DNA of 64,000 bases from Fidelibacterota bacterium (GTDB lineage: Bacteria > Fidelibacterota > UBA2242), in contig JADHWC010000001.1 in NCBI GenBank assembly GCA_016783665.1, positions 10,596 to 74,595 of the forward strand. Direction: 5' to 3'. A program made the translations under genes and the position numbers. Shown piece after piece: positions 55,489-64,000 of the stretch; positions within the stretch are counted from its first letter, which is position 1; each line of letters starts with the position of its first letter. The notes below the pieces were generated by a model, which was given only the letters and a program-made list of their open reading frames with translations, did not search any database and was not told the DNA's origin.

Positions 55489-57327
55489 ATGAAAACTTCT
55501 CGTTTTGGGTTTCTGGCGCTTGCTTTGGTAATCACACTTTTTAGTGTGACATGTAATGAAAACACCAAGCCTTTGACCGACGAGACGGAAATTTATAAAA
55601 ATCCAAAATATTCAATCGATGAGCGCATAAATGATTTGCTGTCACGAATGACTTTGAGTGAAAAAATCGGTCAAATGATCCAGATTGACCGTGGCTTCCT
55701 TGAGAAAGAGAGCGATATCAAGGACTATTTTATCGGCAGTATTTTAAGCGGTGGCGGCTCATCGCCTTCGCCTAATGAACCTTCAGTCTGGGCGGATATG
55801 GTTGATAATTTCCAGAAACAGGCAATTAGTACACGTCTGGGGATTCCGCTGATTTATGGCATTGATGCCGTGCATGGTCACAATAATGTGCACGGTGCGG
55901 TCATTTTTCCCCATAATATCGGAATGGGCTGTACACGAAATCCTGAATTAATTCAACAGGCAGCGAGAGTGACGGCGAGGGAGGTTGCCGGGACGGGAAT
56001 CCACTGGACCTTTTCACCCTGCATTGCCGTGGTCAGAAATGAGCGCTGGGGGCGAACCTATGAAGGATTTGGAGAAACCCCGGAATTGGCGGAAATGATG
56101 GCTGAAGCGGCGGTCAGGGGCTATCAGGGAGATGATCTTTCCGACAACACCTCGATCTTAGCTTGCGCCAAACATTTTCTCGGCGATGGCGGCACAACTG
56201 ATGGCCACGATCAGGGAAGCACCGAGGTTGACGAAGCCACTATGCGACTCCTGCATCTGCCGGGTTATATTTCGGCGGTGAATGCCGGAACGGGTTCGAT
56301 CATGGCGTCTTATAACAGCTGGAATGGTGAAAAAATGCACGGTAATCAATATTGGTTGACGACTGTGCTGAAAGAGGAACTGGGTTTCGAAGGCTTTCTC
56401 GTTTCCGACTGGAGCGGGATCGATCAGTTACCCGGTGATTTTGCCAGTGATATAGAGACGGCGGTGAATGCCGGTATTGATATGGTAATGTTGCCGCAGC
56501 GATACAAGGAATTTATGCTGACGACGCTTGATCTGGCGAATCAGGGCAAAATTTCGATAGAACGGATTGATGATGCAGTCTCCAGAATATTACGGATGAA
56601 ATTCGCTCTCGGACTTTTCGAATCGCCCTTTACCGACCGCTCGCTTACCGGTACAATCGGTTGCCAGGAACATCGGAACGTTGCCCGGGAGTGTGTTCGC
56701 CAATCGCTGGTGTTATTGAAAAATGAAAATAGCACATTACCGATTGCCGATAGCGTAACCCATATTCATGTAGCGGGGAAAAATGCCGATAATCTGGGCC
56801 ATCAATGCGGCGGCTGGACGATTTCCTGGGGGGGTGGATCCGGCAATATTACCATCGGGACTACGATTTTAGAAGCCATCCGGCAACGCGCGGGCACAGG
56901 GGTAGAGGTAACCTTTTCCAGTGATGGTCTTGGGGCGAGGAATGCGGATGTTGCCATTGCCGTGATCGGGGAGACTCCCTATGCCGAAGGAAGTGGCGAT
57001 CGCAGCGATCTGAGTCTTTCATCGGAGGATATTTCAACCGTAATTAATCTGAGGTCTTTTGGTATTCCCACGATTGTCGTGCTTATTTCCGGTCGACCGA
57101 TGATTTTAGATAATATAGTGCTTTACAGCGACGCACTTATCGCTGCCTGGCTGCCGGGAACAGAGGGGCAAGGCGTTGCCGATGTGTTGTTCGGCGATTT
57201 TGCACCGACCGGGAAATTATCCCACACCTGGCCGCGCAGCATGAGCCAAATACCGATTAACTATGGCGACATTGATTATGACCCGTTGTTTGAATACGGG
57301 TTTGGATTAACATTTCCAAAAAAATAA
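55489..57327 (+). CDS. Glycoside hydrolase family 3 (beta-glucosidase/exo-glucanase type)
   Basis: Start moved to ATG 55489 (signal/lipoprotein-like MKTSRFGFLALALVITLFSVTC, directly after the upstream stop). Nucleophile region GFLVSDWSGI. Conserved KHFLGDGG. Confidence 0.8.
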   Translation: MKTSRFGFLALALVITLFSVTCNENTKPLTDETEIYKNPKYSIDERINDLLSRMTLSEKIGQMIQIDRGFLEKESDIKDYFIGSILSGGGSSPSPNEPSVWADMVDNFQKQAISTRLGIPLIYGIDAVHGHNNVHGAVIFPHNIGMGCTRNPELIQQAARVTAREVAGTGIHWTFSPCIAVVRNERWGRTYEGFGETPELAEMMAEAAVRGYQGDDLSDNTSILACAKHFLGDGGTTDGHDQGSTEVDEATMRLLHLPGYISAVNAGTGSIMASYNSWNGEKMHGNQYWLTTVLKEELGFEGFLVSDWSGIDQLPGDFASDIETAVNAGIDMVMLPQRYKEFMLTTLDLANQGKISIERIDDAVSRILRMKFALGLFESPFTDRSLTGTIGCQEHRNVARECVRQSLVLLKNENSTLPIADSVTHIHVAGKNADNLGHQCGGWTISWGGGSGNITIGTTILEAIRQRAGTGVEVTFSSDGLGARNADVAIAVIGETPYAEGSGDRSDLSLSSEDISTVINLRSFGIPTIVVLISGRPMILDNIVLYSDALIAAWLPGTEGQGVADVLFGDFAPTGKLSHTWPRSMSQIPINYGDIDYDPLFEYGFGLTFPKK

Positions 57328-57357
57328 AAATCAATTGATGTAAAAAACAGGAATATA

Positions 57358-59346
57358 ATGAAACGAATTATTATTAATATCATTTTCCTGGTTGTTTTAG
57401 CCTTTCAACCCGCTTTTGGTTTTTTCAAAACTCTGGGGCTGGATATTGTTGATTCCGACGGGAACAAATTTATACTGAAAGGCTACGGACTTGGCGGCTG
57501 GCTGGTTCCCGAGGGTTATATGCTGCATGTACCGGGCTATGGTTCACCAACATCAATACGCAATAAAATTATCGATCTCATCGGCGAAGATGGCACTAAT
57601 GAGTTTTTTGAGCTCTACCGTAAAAATTACGTGGCTGAAAAAGATATTGAGTTGATAGCTGAGTGGGGTTTCAATTCGATTCGCCTGCCCTTTCATTATC
57701 AGTTATTTTCGCCGATCGACTCACCCGGAGTTTTCATTGAAGATGGTTTTGAAATCATCGACACGTTGCTGGTCTGGTGTAAAAATAATAATCTCTATTT
57801 GATTCTCGATATGCACTGCGCTCCCGGTGGTCAGAACGACGGCAATATCAGTGACAGCGATGGGGAAGCCAAACTCTGGACGATTCCCTCTAATCAGGAG
57901 CGTACCATCGAGATTTGGAAACGGATTGCTGAACGCTATGCCAGTGAAGAATGGATTGTCGGTTACGATCTGCTGAATGAACCGGTTTTACCACCCGGAT
58001 TCAGTGGCGCCGATTTGCGCGATTTTTATATTCGGTTAAAGGATGCGGTTCGTGAAGTAGACTCTAATCATATCATTTTTATTGAGGGTAACTGGTATGC
58101 GACGGATTTTAACGGTTTGACTCCGCGCTTCGATGCGAATATGGTGTATGCGTTTCACAAGTATTGGAATGAAACCGATCTGGCTTCAATCCAAACCTAC
58201 CGAAATATGCGCCTCCAGAGCATTACTCCTCTCTGGTTGGGCGAAACCGGCGAGAACTCCAATCCCTGGTTTTATGAGACCGTGCAGCTGATGGATCAGC
58301 AGAATATTGGTTGGAATTGGTGGGCGCACAAGAAATTCAATACGATTACCAGTCCACTATCGGCAGTGATTCCTTCTGAATACCAGCAGATTATTGATTA
58401 CTGGAAAGGCAATGCTGCCAGACCGTCGGCAGAATTTGCCCGCACGGCTTTATTTAAAATGGCTTCAAAACTCGAACTGGACAGATGCGAACTCCATTCC
58501 GATGTCATTGCCGCTATAACGGATCCGGATTTTGGGATTACCTCCAAACCCTTTAAAGTTCATATTGTACCTGGTACGATAATGGCAGTTGATTACGACT
58601 ACGGTACGAATGGAATTGCCTATCACGACGTTGAGTTCAAAAAGATACGCTGGGATGCCGATCAGCCCTGGAATAAAGGGTATCAGTATCGCAATGATGG
58701 GGTGGATATAGAAAAAAGCAGCGTACTTGGCGCGAATGATTATAATATTGGCTGGATCGAAGATAATGAGTGGGTCAGATATACGGTCGAAATCGTCTAT
58801 TCCGGGAAATATAATATAGATTTCAGCGTCGCCGGTACTTCAAGCAACGGCAGAATACAGATGAAAGTTGACGGTCAGATTGTGTTGAACACGCTAATTG
58901 TACCTGACACAGGCGGCTGGCAAAACTGGCAGAAAATAACCGAAAACGGTGTCTATTTGCCTAAAGGAACGCATGTTATTGAAATACTGTTTCTGAGGGG
59001 GGGATTTAATTTTCAGAAGATGGAATTTACTTCTGCGGATAATTCCATTATTGAGAAGGTGACGTCCTATTTATATCTCGGGAAAAATTATCCCAATCCC
59101 TTTAACGATCAGACGACAATCCCGATTGTTTTGACCAGACCTAGCGAAGTGAAACTCAACATTTTTGATCTTCAGGGGAAGCTGGTGCGAAATCTTTACG
59201 GCGGTAAGATGGTTCAGGGGTTAAATGAATTGTTTTGGGACGGTAGGGACAACACGAGTAACCGGGTAAGTGCCGGCGTTTACTACTACCAGATCACCGT
59301 GGATACGACGAATATAAAAGTCAAACCGATGCTTTATCTTAAATAA
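57358..59346 (+). CDS. GH5 endoglucanase with CBM6/35-like domain and T9SS C-terminal sorting domain
   Basis: GH5 acid/base LLNEP and nucleophile WLGETGE. Beta-sandwich CBM-like segment (WVRYTVEIVYSGKYNIDFSVAGTSSNGRIQMKVDGQ). CTD (LGKNYPNPFNDQTTIPI...GVYYYQI...KPMLYLK). Confidence 0.75.
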   Translation: MKRIIINIIFLVVLAFQPAFGFFKTLGLDIVDSDGNKFILKGYGLGGWLVPEGYMLHVPGYGSPTSIRNKIIDLIGEDGTNEFFELYRKNYVAEKDIELIAEWGFNSIRLPFHYQLFSPIDSPGVFIEDGFEIIDTLLVWCKNNNLYLILDMHCAPGGQNDGNISDSDGEAKLWTIPSNQERTIEIWKRIAERYASEEWIVGYDLLNEPVLPPGFSGADLRDFYIRLKDAVREVDSNHIIFIEGNWYATDFNGLTPRFDANMVYAFHKYWNETDLASIQTYRNMRLQSITPLWLGETGENSNPWFYETVQLMDQQNIGWNWWAHKKFNTITSPLSAVIPSEYQQIIDYWKGNAARPSAEFARTALFKMASKLELDRCELHSDVIAAITDPDFGITSKPFKVHIVPGTIMAVDYDYGTNGIAYHDVEFKKIRWDADQPWNKGYQYRNDGVDIEKSSVLGANDYNIGWIEDNEWVRYTVEIVYSGKYNIDFSVAGTSSNGRIQMKVDGQIVLNTLIVPDTGGWQNWQKITENGVYLPKGTHVIEILFLRGGFNFQKMEFTSADNSIIEKVTSYLYLGKNYPNPFNDQTTIPIVLTRPSEVKLNIFDLQGKLVRNLYGGKMVQGLNELFWDGRDNTSNRVSAGVYYYQITVDTTNIKVKPMLYLK

Positions 59347-59347
59347 A

Positions 59348-60394
59348 TCAGGGCAGCTGAATCAGAGCATTTAGTAATTGTTGCCTCCATTTTCCTGCCG
59401 AAGCGTCATAAGCGCCAAAACCGGAACAAAATTCCCAATAAGCCCAACTAAACTCATTTTGCTTACATTGGTTAACCACATAGCCGGTCCAGAGAGACCG
59501 CGAATTCATATCGGCTTTGCTATAGGTGCCGAATTCGCCAATATATATCGGTCGATTGTGAACATCCGCCCAGGTTTTTATTTTAGAAAAATGTTGACTC
59601 AATTCCTCGCGTTGTTGTACTGTTGCCGACCAGGTAGTGCCCAGCCAGGCATCACTGCCAGCAACCCATTCGGCGCCTTGGTGAGTGAATGTGAAGGGTT
59701 CGTAATAGTGAACAGTTACGATTAGATTATTCTCATCTTCCGGCAGGGATAATTGGTTTAGAGCGCTAATCCCGCCCCAACCGGCAGTGCCGATTATGAT
59801 TGTGCGATTGGGGTTTGTTTCCCGGATGATATTGATCGCTTCGGGGAAATATTGGTTCCAAAGCTCAGCTGTGAAGTTATCGTGGGGTTCGTTTAATACT
59901 TCAAAAACAAGAATGTTGGGAAAATCTTTGAAGTGAGCGCCAATTTGTTGCCAGAGAGAGAGAAAACGTTCTTTATGCTCAGCGGGTTGCTGAAATATCT
60001 CTTCATAGTGATGAATGTTAATGACAACATACAAATCATTATTGAGAGCCTGATTAACAACATGATAAACTCTACTTAAAAATGACGGTGTAATTGTATA
60101 GGGACTGTCAATAGCGGCATGAGTTGACCAGCGTATGGGAATTCGAACGGAATTGAATCCGGCGTTTTTCATAATAGAAAAATAGTCATCCCGGATTGTG
60201 ATTCCCCAATCGCCTTCATTGGGCGCCTCCAGGGCATTGCCCATATTAATTCCCGGAAGTAAATGAGAATTCACTTCAAAGGGATCAACTTCGGATTCTG
60301 CTTCAGGTTTAGGATGGGTGTTTGAGTTAGAGACACACATGAACAGGAATAAGGTAATAAACAGCGTGGTTATAATTATTCTTAAAGATTTCAT
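59348..60394 (-). CDS. GH5 endoglucanase (cellulase family), secreted
   Basis: 348 aa. Signal peptide. Acid/base VFEVLNEPHD. Nucleophile IYIGEFGT. Confidence 0.8.
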   Translation of the reverse strand: MKSLRIIITTLFITLFLFMCVSNSNTHPKPEAESEVDPFEVNSHLLPGINMGNALEAPNEGDWGITIRDDYFSIMKNAGFNSVRIPIRWSTHAAIDSPYTITPSFLSRVYHVVNQALNNDLYVVINIHHYEEIFQQPAEHKERFLSLWQQIGAHFKDFPNILVFEVLNEPHDNFTAELWNQYFPEAINIIRETNPNRTIIIGTAGWGGISALNQLSLPEDENNLIVTVHYYEPFTFTHQGAEWVAGSDAWLGTTWSATVQQREELSQHFSKIKTWADVHNRPIYIGEFGTYSKADMNSRSLWTGYVVNQCKQNEFSWAYWEFCSGFGAYDASAGKWRQQLLNALIQLP

Positions 60395-60415
60395 AATATT
60401 TCAATATTAGTGAAA

Positions 60416-60451
60416 AAAGACGTTATTCGCAATGCAACAAATAATGTCTTT
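60416..60451 (-). terminator. Hairpin (12-bp stem with one mismatch, AAAGACGTTATT / AATAATGTCTTT) with flanking A/T runs, likely terminator of the symporter gene
   Basis: Located 19 nt downstream (minus-strand sense) of the stop at 60470. T-run on the minus strand. Confidence 0.45.
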
Positions 60452-60469
60452 TTCGGTTTTCAATTCATT

Positions 60470-62041
60470 TTACCAGAACCTTATATAAATGACGGCGAGA
60501 ATAGCAAAAATGCCGATAGCGCCAACATTAAAGATATTATCGGTATGGAATAATCCTTTGTCTGCTTTAATGGCTTTGGGATCATCGCCCCTGGATTCGA
60601 TCAGGGTAATGACAACTACAATGGAACTCAATAGCAGGAACACAACGCCCATACGGTTCAGAAAAGGTAGGCTGGGAATCAATGCTTTAATTCCAATAGA
60701 TAAAGGAATGGTCAATACTGCCGCCCAGAGAGCTGAATTGGCAGTGGCTTTTTTCCAAAATAGTCCGAAGATGAAAATAGCGAAAATGCCGGGACTAATG
60801 AAGCCGGTAAATTCCTGGATGAACTGAAACGCCTGTTCAAGGGATGAAAGCGTCGGAGCGATCAATACCGCAATGACTAACGCCACGGCGCTGGCAATTC
60901 GTCCGGTCAAGACCAACTGGGATTCCGAAGCATCCTTTTTAATCAATTGCTTATAAATATCCATTGAAAAAATGGTTGCGGTACTGTTGACCATGGAACT
61001 CAAAGAAGATACGATGGCGGCGATTAATGCGGCAAACGCCAGACCTTTGAACCCTATGGGTACAAAAGTGCTCAACAGCCAGGGATAGGCTTCGTCGGGT
61101 TTTGCGATGTCGGCTTTAAGAACGAAGGCAACGATGCCGGGAATTACCACGATTAACGGTGTGAGGATTTTCAGATAACCGGCGAACATCAGACCGCGCT
61201 GAGCCTCATTGATGTTTTTAGCGGCCAGGGCGCGTTGGGTAATGTATTGGTTACAGCCCCAATAAAAGAAATGCGCCATCCACATGCCTCCTAATAAGAC
61301 GCCAAGACCAGGCAACTCTTTAAAGTTTGGATTGGATTTATCCAGAATCATATCAAATTTTTCCGGCGCTTGACGGACCAAATCTACGAATCCTGCGAGA
61401 ACACCATTGCCACCACTGACGGCATTCAAGGCGAAAAACGTGGTGACCAATCCACCGGCAATTAATATGGTTACTTGTACGACGTCGGTCCATGCCACGG
61501 CTTTTAAACCTCCGTAGATAGTATAGAGCGCCGAAAAAACGGCTAAGCCGAGAATACCATAGTACAACGGAATTCCCATAATTGTCCGCAGAGCCAGAGC
61601 GCCGAGATAGAGCACGGAAGTTAAATTCACAAAGACATAGAGCAGCAGCCAAAAGACCGCCAAACCGGTGCGAACACGATGGTCATAACGGATTTCCAGC
61701 AGCTGTGGCATGGTATAAATACCCTCCTTGAGAAAAATGGGGAGGAAAAATTTAGCAATGACGATCAAAGCGATGGCGGCGGTCCATTCATAGGTGGCGA
61801 TTCCCAGACCGATTACATACCCTGAACCGGACATTCCGATAAACTGCTCGGCGGAAATATTGGCGGCGATTAGCGAGGCGCCGATCGCCCACCAGGGCAA
61901 GGATTTACTTGCCAGGAAATAATCGCTGGAATCCTTTTTGTGCCCTTTTTTCTCACGGGAGACCCAAAGTCCCAGGGAAATGATAAATACGATATAACCG
62001 ATAAATACAAAATAATCCAGAGTTGAAAAATTCATGCTCAA
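60470..62041 (-). CDS. Sodium:solute symporter family (SSS) transporter
   Basis: 523 aa, ~13 TM helices. N-terminal DYFLASKSLPWWAIGASLIAANISAEQFIGMSGSG signature. Confidence 0.85.
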   Translation of the reverse strand: MSMNFSTLDYFVFIGYIVFIISLGLWVSREKKGHKKDSSDYFLASKSLPWWAIGASLIAANISAEQFIGMSGSGYVIGLGIATYEWTAAIALIVIAKFFLPIFLKEGIYTMPQLLEIRYDHRVRTGLAVFWLLLYVFVNLTSVLYLGALALRTIMGIPLYYGILGLAVFSALYTIYGGLKAVAWTDVVQVTILIAGGLVTTFFALNAVSGGNGVLAGFVDLVRQAPEKFDMILDKSNPNFKELPGLGVLLGGMWMAHFFYWGCNQYITQRALAAKNINEAQRGLMFAGYLKILTPLIVVIPGIVAFVLKADIAKPDEAYPWLLSTFVPIGFKGLAFAALIAAIVSSLSSMVNSTATIFSMDIYKQLIKKDASESQLVLTGRIASAVALVIAVLIAPTLSSLEQAFQFIQEFTGFISPGIFAIFIFGLFWKKATANSALWAAVLTIPLSIGIKALIPSLPFLNRMGVVFLLLSSIVVVITLIESRGDDPKAIKADKGLFHTDNIFNVGAIGIFAILAVIYIRFW

Positions 62042-62356
62042 ATCCTCACGTTTATGGTTGAATAATTAATTCTTATTTGATATATGATTGAGTTGATGCG
62101 GGATGGTGATGGTTTAAGTGGTAGCATATATTTCATTACAGGCTAAGGAACAAAAATTGAGCCATGTTGTGTTGGTTTTTGAATTTATTTTCATTTCGTT
62201 GTAGCTATACAATTTTCCTGTAAGAATCAAGAGATAATAATAAAAATTGGAATTTTAATTGTTATATAAAATCTTGATTTTGGAGTTTTAATATTTTGAA
62301 ATTATCAAAAAGATAAGTTTTTATTATCAATTTGAAAATTGGTTTACGCCTTACGA

Positions 62357-64000
62357 TTATTTTAGCAGAACCATTTTGTTTGAAAGTGAAGAAGTATCCG
62401 TTTGTAATTTGACAAAATAGATACCGCCGGGATTCTCCCCGGCATCCCAATGAACATTATGATATCCTGCAGCCGTCGGTTTATCTACCAGCGTTGCGAT
62501 GGTTTGTCCCAAAAGATTGTGAATGGTTATGGTAACTCTTTGGGAGACGGGTAACGCATATGATATGGTAGTGCCCGTATTGAAGGGGTTGGGGTAGTTT
62601 TGGAGCAACTGAAAGTGGTTCGGAATTTCCGGGCTGTCAGAATTCGATGGAATAAGATCTTTTGACGCAATTGCGTTGGCCCAATCGCCCCGGAAAATTA
62701 TCTTCTGGTCGTAAATCCGCCTGGAAAATTCACCGTACCGGATGGAAAACCCGGCGCCTACTGTAACTACCCGGGCATTGGCTTCAACAGAAAAGGCGTC
62801 GGTAAAAGACCATGAACCATCCTGCAGATTAATCGTTGTTGAGCGGGCTTCACCGGGGGCAAAGCCGATATGGGGGAAATAGGCATAATCCAAGCGATTG
62901 TTATCTATAGTGAAAGGCGAGTGGCTGGCGATTTTAGCGATAATATGTATCTGACTGGTGGAGGTTAAATCAGTTGGTATGACCGAAAGATCCAAAGAAG
63001 GCAAGACGATGGTTTCCTTGCTGAGCAGCAGGGAAATTGACTCCGACTTTAGCAATACATGCTGCTGATTATAAAATCGAAAATCCAGCACCAGGTCTTG
63101 AAGACTGTCGGCAGACAAGTAATCGATTTTTGCAGTATAGTATTCCGGCAAATTACTGGTTACGAAGAGAGCAGTTTCGCCCACACTTACGGCAAGGCTG
63201 TCAACTTCCGGCATGAGGAAGAGCTCAATGGGGATATCTGCGACATATATCTGTTGATTGCGGGGTTCTGTAATGATGGCGCGATTGTATTCCGCGAAGG
63301 CGTTCCATACCGGGCGGGGTGCTCCTTCATCGGAACCCGGATTACTGTCGAATTCGATTAGACCAAACCATTCTTCAGGGCTGTTGTCGTGAGTATAGGC
63401 GTCGCCGCCTTTCCACCAGCCGTCGTGGTATTGAAAAACACAGCCACCTTGTGCGCCGCCGTCGATCATGCTGCGGTACATGAAAAGGTCGCCAACAGTT
63501 TGTTGGGTTAGAGTATTGCCGCCGTAGCCGTATTCTTCCGAAAAAGGACCGGGCGAGACGGATAAACCGAATTCAGTGACAATAAAAGGCATATCCATTG
63601 AACGATTTTGTTTTAAATATTCGCAAAATCCCGCATAGCCATGAATGTTGCTGATAAGGACCGGGTTATAGATGTAAAGATTATAGGCACCTATCTGGAA
63701 CAGATCGCTGCGGATATAATCACCGACAGTCGTATTTGATACAGATACGGGAATTCCCGGATGTTTCTGCTGTATAATATTGATGATCCCTTGCCAGAGA
63801 GTAATCAAATTTTCCGGACCACCATTATACACATCTTCAACCAGGGGTTCGTTCATAATCAGGTAGCCTATGATGCAGGAGAAGTTCTTCGAGTATGTCA
63901 GAACATCGGTTACGTGATCGAAGGTGTTATAAATGAAGGTCGGATCGCCGTAATCGCCATGGGGATCAATCCAGATGCCGAATAGAATTTTTAAACTCGA
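62357..64000 (-). CDS. Glycoside hydrolase (clan GH-A TIM-barrel, NEP motif) with T9SS C-terminal sorting domain; 5' end lies beyond window
   Basis: The frame stays open from 63856 to the window edge at 64000 (…GIWIDPHGDYGDPTFIYNTFDHVTDVLTYSKNFSCIIGYLIMNEPLVE…), so the track's M at 63856 is internal and the true start is outside the window. C-terminal CTD (LLQNYPNPFNTGTTISYALP...GIYFVKLQ...NKMVLLK). Confidence 0.6.
   Translation of the reverse strand, partial: SSLKILFGIWIDPHGDYGDPTFIYNTFDHVTDVLTYSKNFSCIIGYLIMNEPLVEDVYNGGPENLITLWQGIINIIQQKHPGIPVSVSNTTVGDYIRSDLFQIGAYNLYIYNPVLISNIHGYAGFCEYLKQNRSMDMPFIVTEFGLSVSPGPFSEEYGYGGNTLTQQTVGDLFMYRSMIDGGAQGGCVFQYHDGWWKGGDAYTHDNSPEEWFGLIEFDSNPGSDEGAPRPVWNAFAEYNRAIITEPRNQQIYVADIPIELFLMPEVDSLAVSVGETALFVTSNLPEYYTAKIDYLSADSLQDLVLDFRFYNQQHVLLKSESISLLLSKETIVLPSLDLSVIPTDLTSTSQIHIIAKIASHSPFTIDNNRLDYAYFPHIGFAPGEARSTTINLQDGSWSFTDAFSVEANARVVTVGAGFSIRYGEFSRRIYDQKIIFRGDWANAIASKDLIPSNSDSPEIPNHFQLLQNYPNPFNTGTTISYALPVSQRVTITIHNLLGQTIATLVDKPTAAGYHNVHWDAGENPGGIYFVKLQTDTSSLSNKMVLLK

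Noticed and set aside
20794-62357. Recurring NYPNPFN / KKMxLLK sequence blocks considered as DNA-level repeats or a CRISPR-like array
   Set aside because: They are protein-level T9SS sorting domains at gene 3' ends, with irregular spacing of kilobases and divergent DNA sequence. No short regularly spaced direct repeats exist anywhere in the window.

Overview
This 64 kb window from a moderately AT-rich bacterium (roughly 40-45% GC) is almost entirely protein-coding, with no rRNA, no intact tRNA and no CRISPR array. Seven proteins end in a type IX secretion (T9SS) C-terminal sorting domain, a PorV-like outer-membrane protein is present, and a sigma-54-dependent response regulator is encoded, which points to an FCB-group lineage such as Ignavibacteria, Fibrobacteres or Caldithrix (inference). 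The window divides into five neighbourhoods. (1) 79-6502: a DUF2723/TPR membrane protein, a GT2 glycosyltransferase and two secreted hypotheticals. (2) 6773-19812: a minus-strand defence island built on a type I restriction-modification operon ordered hsdR - higB-like - higA-like(HTH+ImmA) - hsdS - KAP NTPase - abiEi - abiEii - hsdM - fic. HsdS carries an unusual C-terminal YhbQ-like GIY-YIG nuclease domain. A roughly 60-nt diverged duplicate of the hsdM 5' end sits between the KAP NTPase gene and the abiE cassette. An array of TATTATAG motifs at about 20-bp spacing lies between hsdM and fic. A tRNA-like 3' fragment and a perfect 15-bp hairpin mark the far edge of the island. (3) 20794-38524: two large secreted CotH-kinase / lamin-tail-domain proteins with T9SS sorting domains bracket a membrane-anchored solute-binding protein, a histidine kinase and a sigma-54 response regulator, followed by a tightly coupled operon of a Na+/solute symporter, an HlyD-like adaptor, a VTC-domain protein, a DUF4956 membrane protein, a GH3 enzyme and the second CotH protein. 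(4) 38820-48891: a CBM9-like T9SS cargo, a TonB-dependent receptor, an 1152-aa calcium-binding T9SS cargo and a PorV-like barrel. (5) 49027-64000: a beta-glucan utilisation cluster with 2x GH16, 3x GH3, 2x GH5, a symporter and a partial T9SS-tagged glycoside hydrolase. All calls rest on reading motifs by eye; no database search was run.
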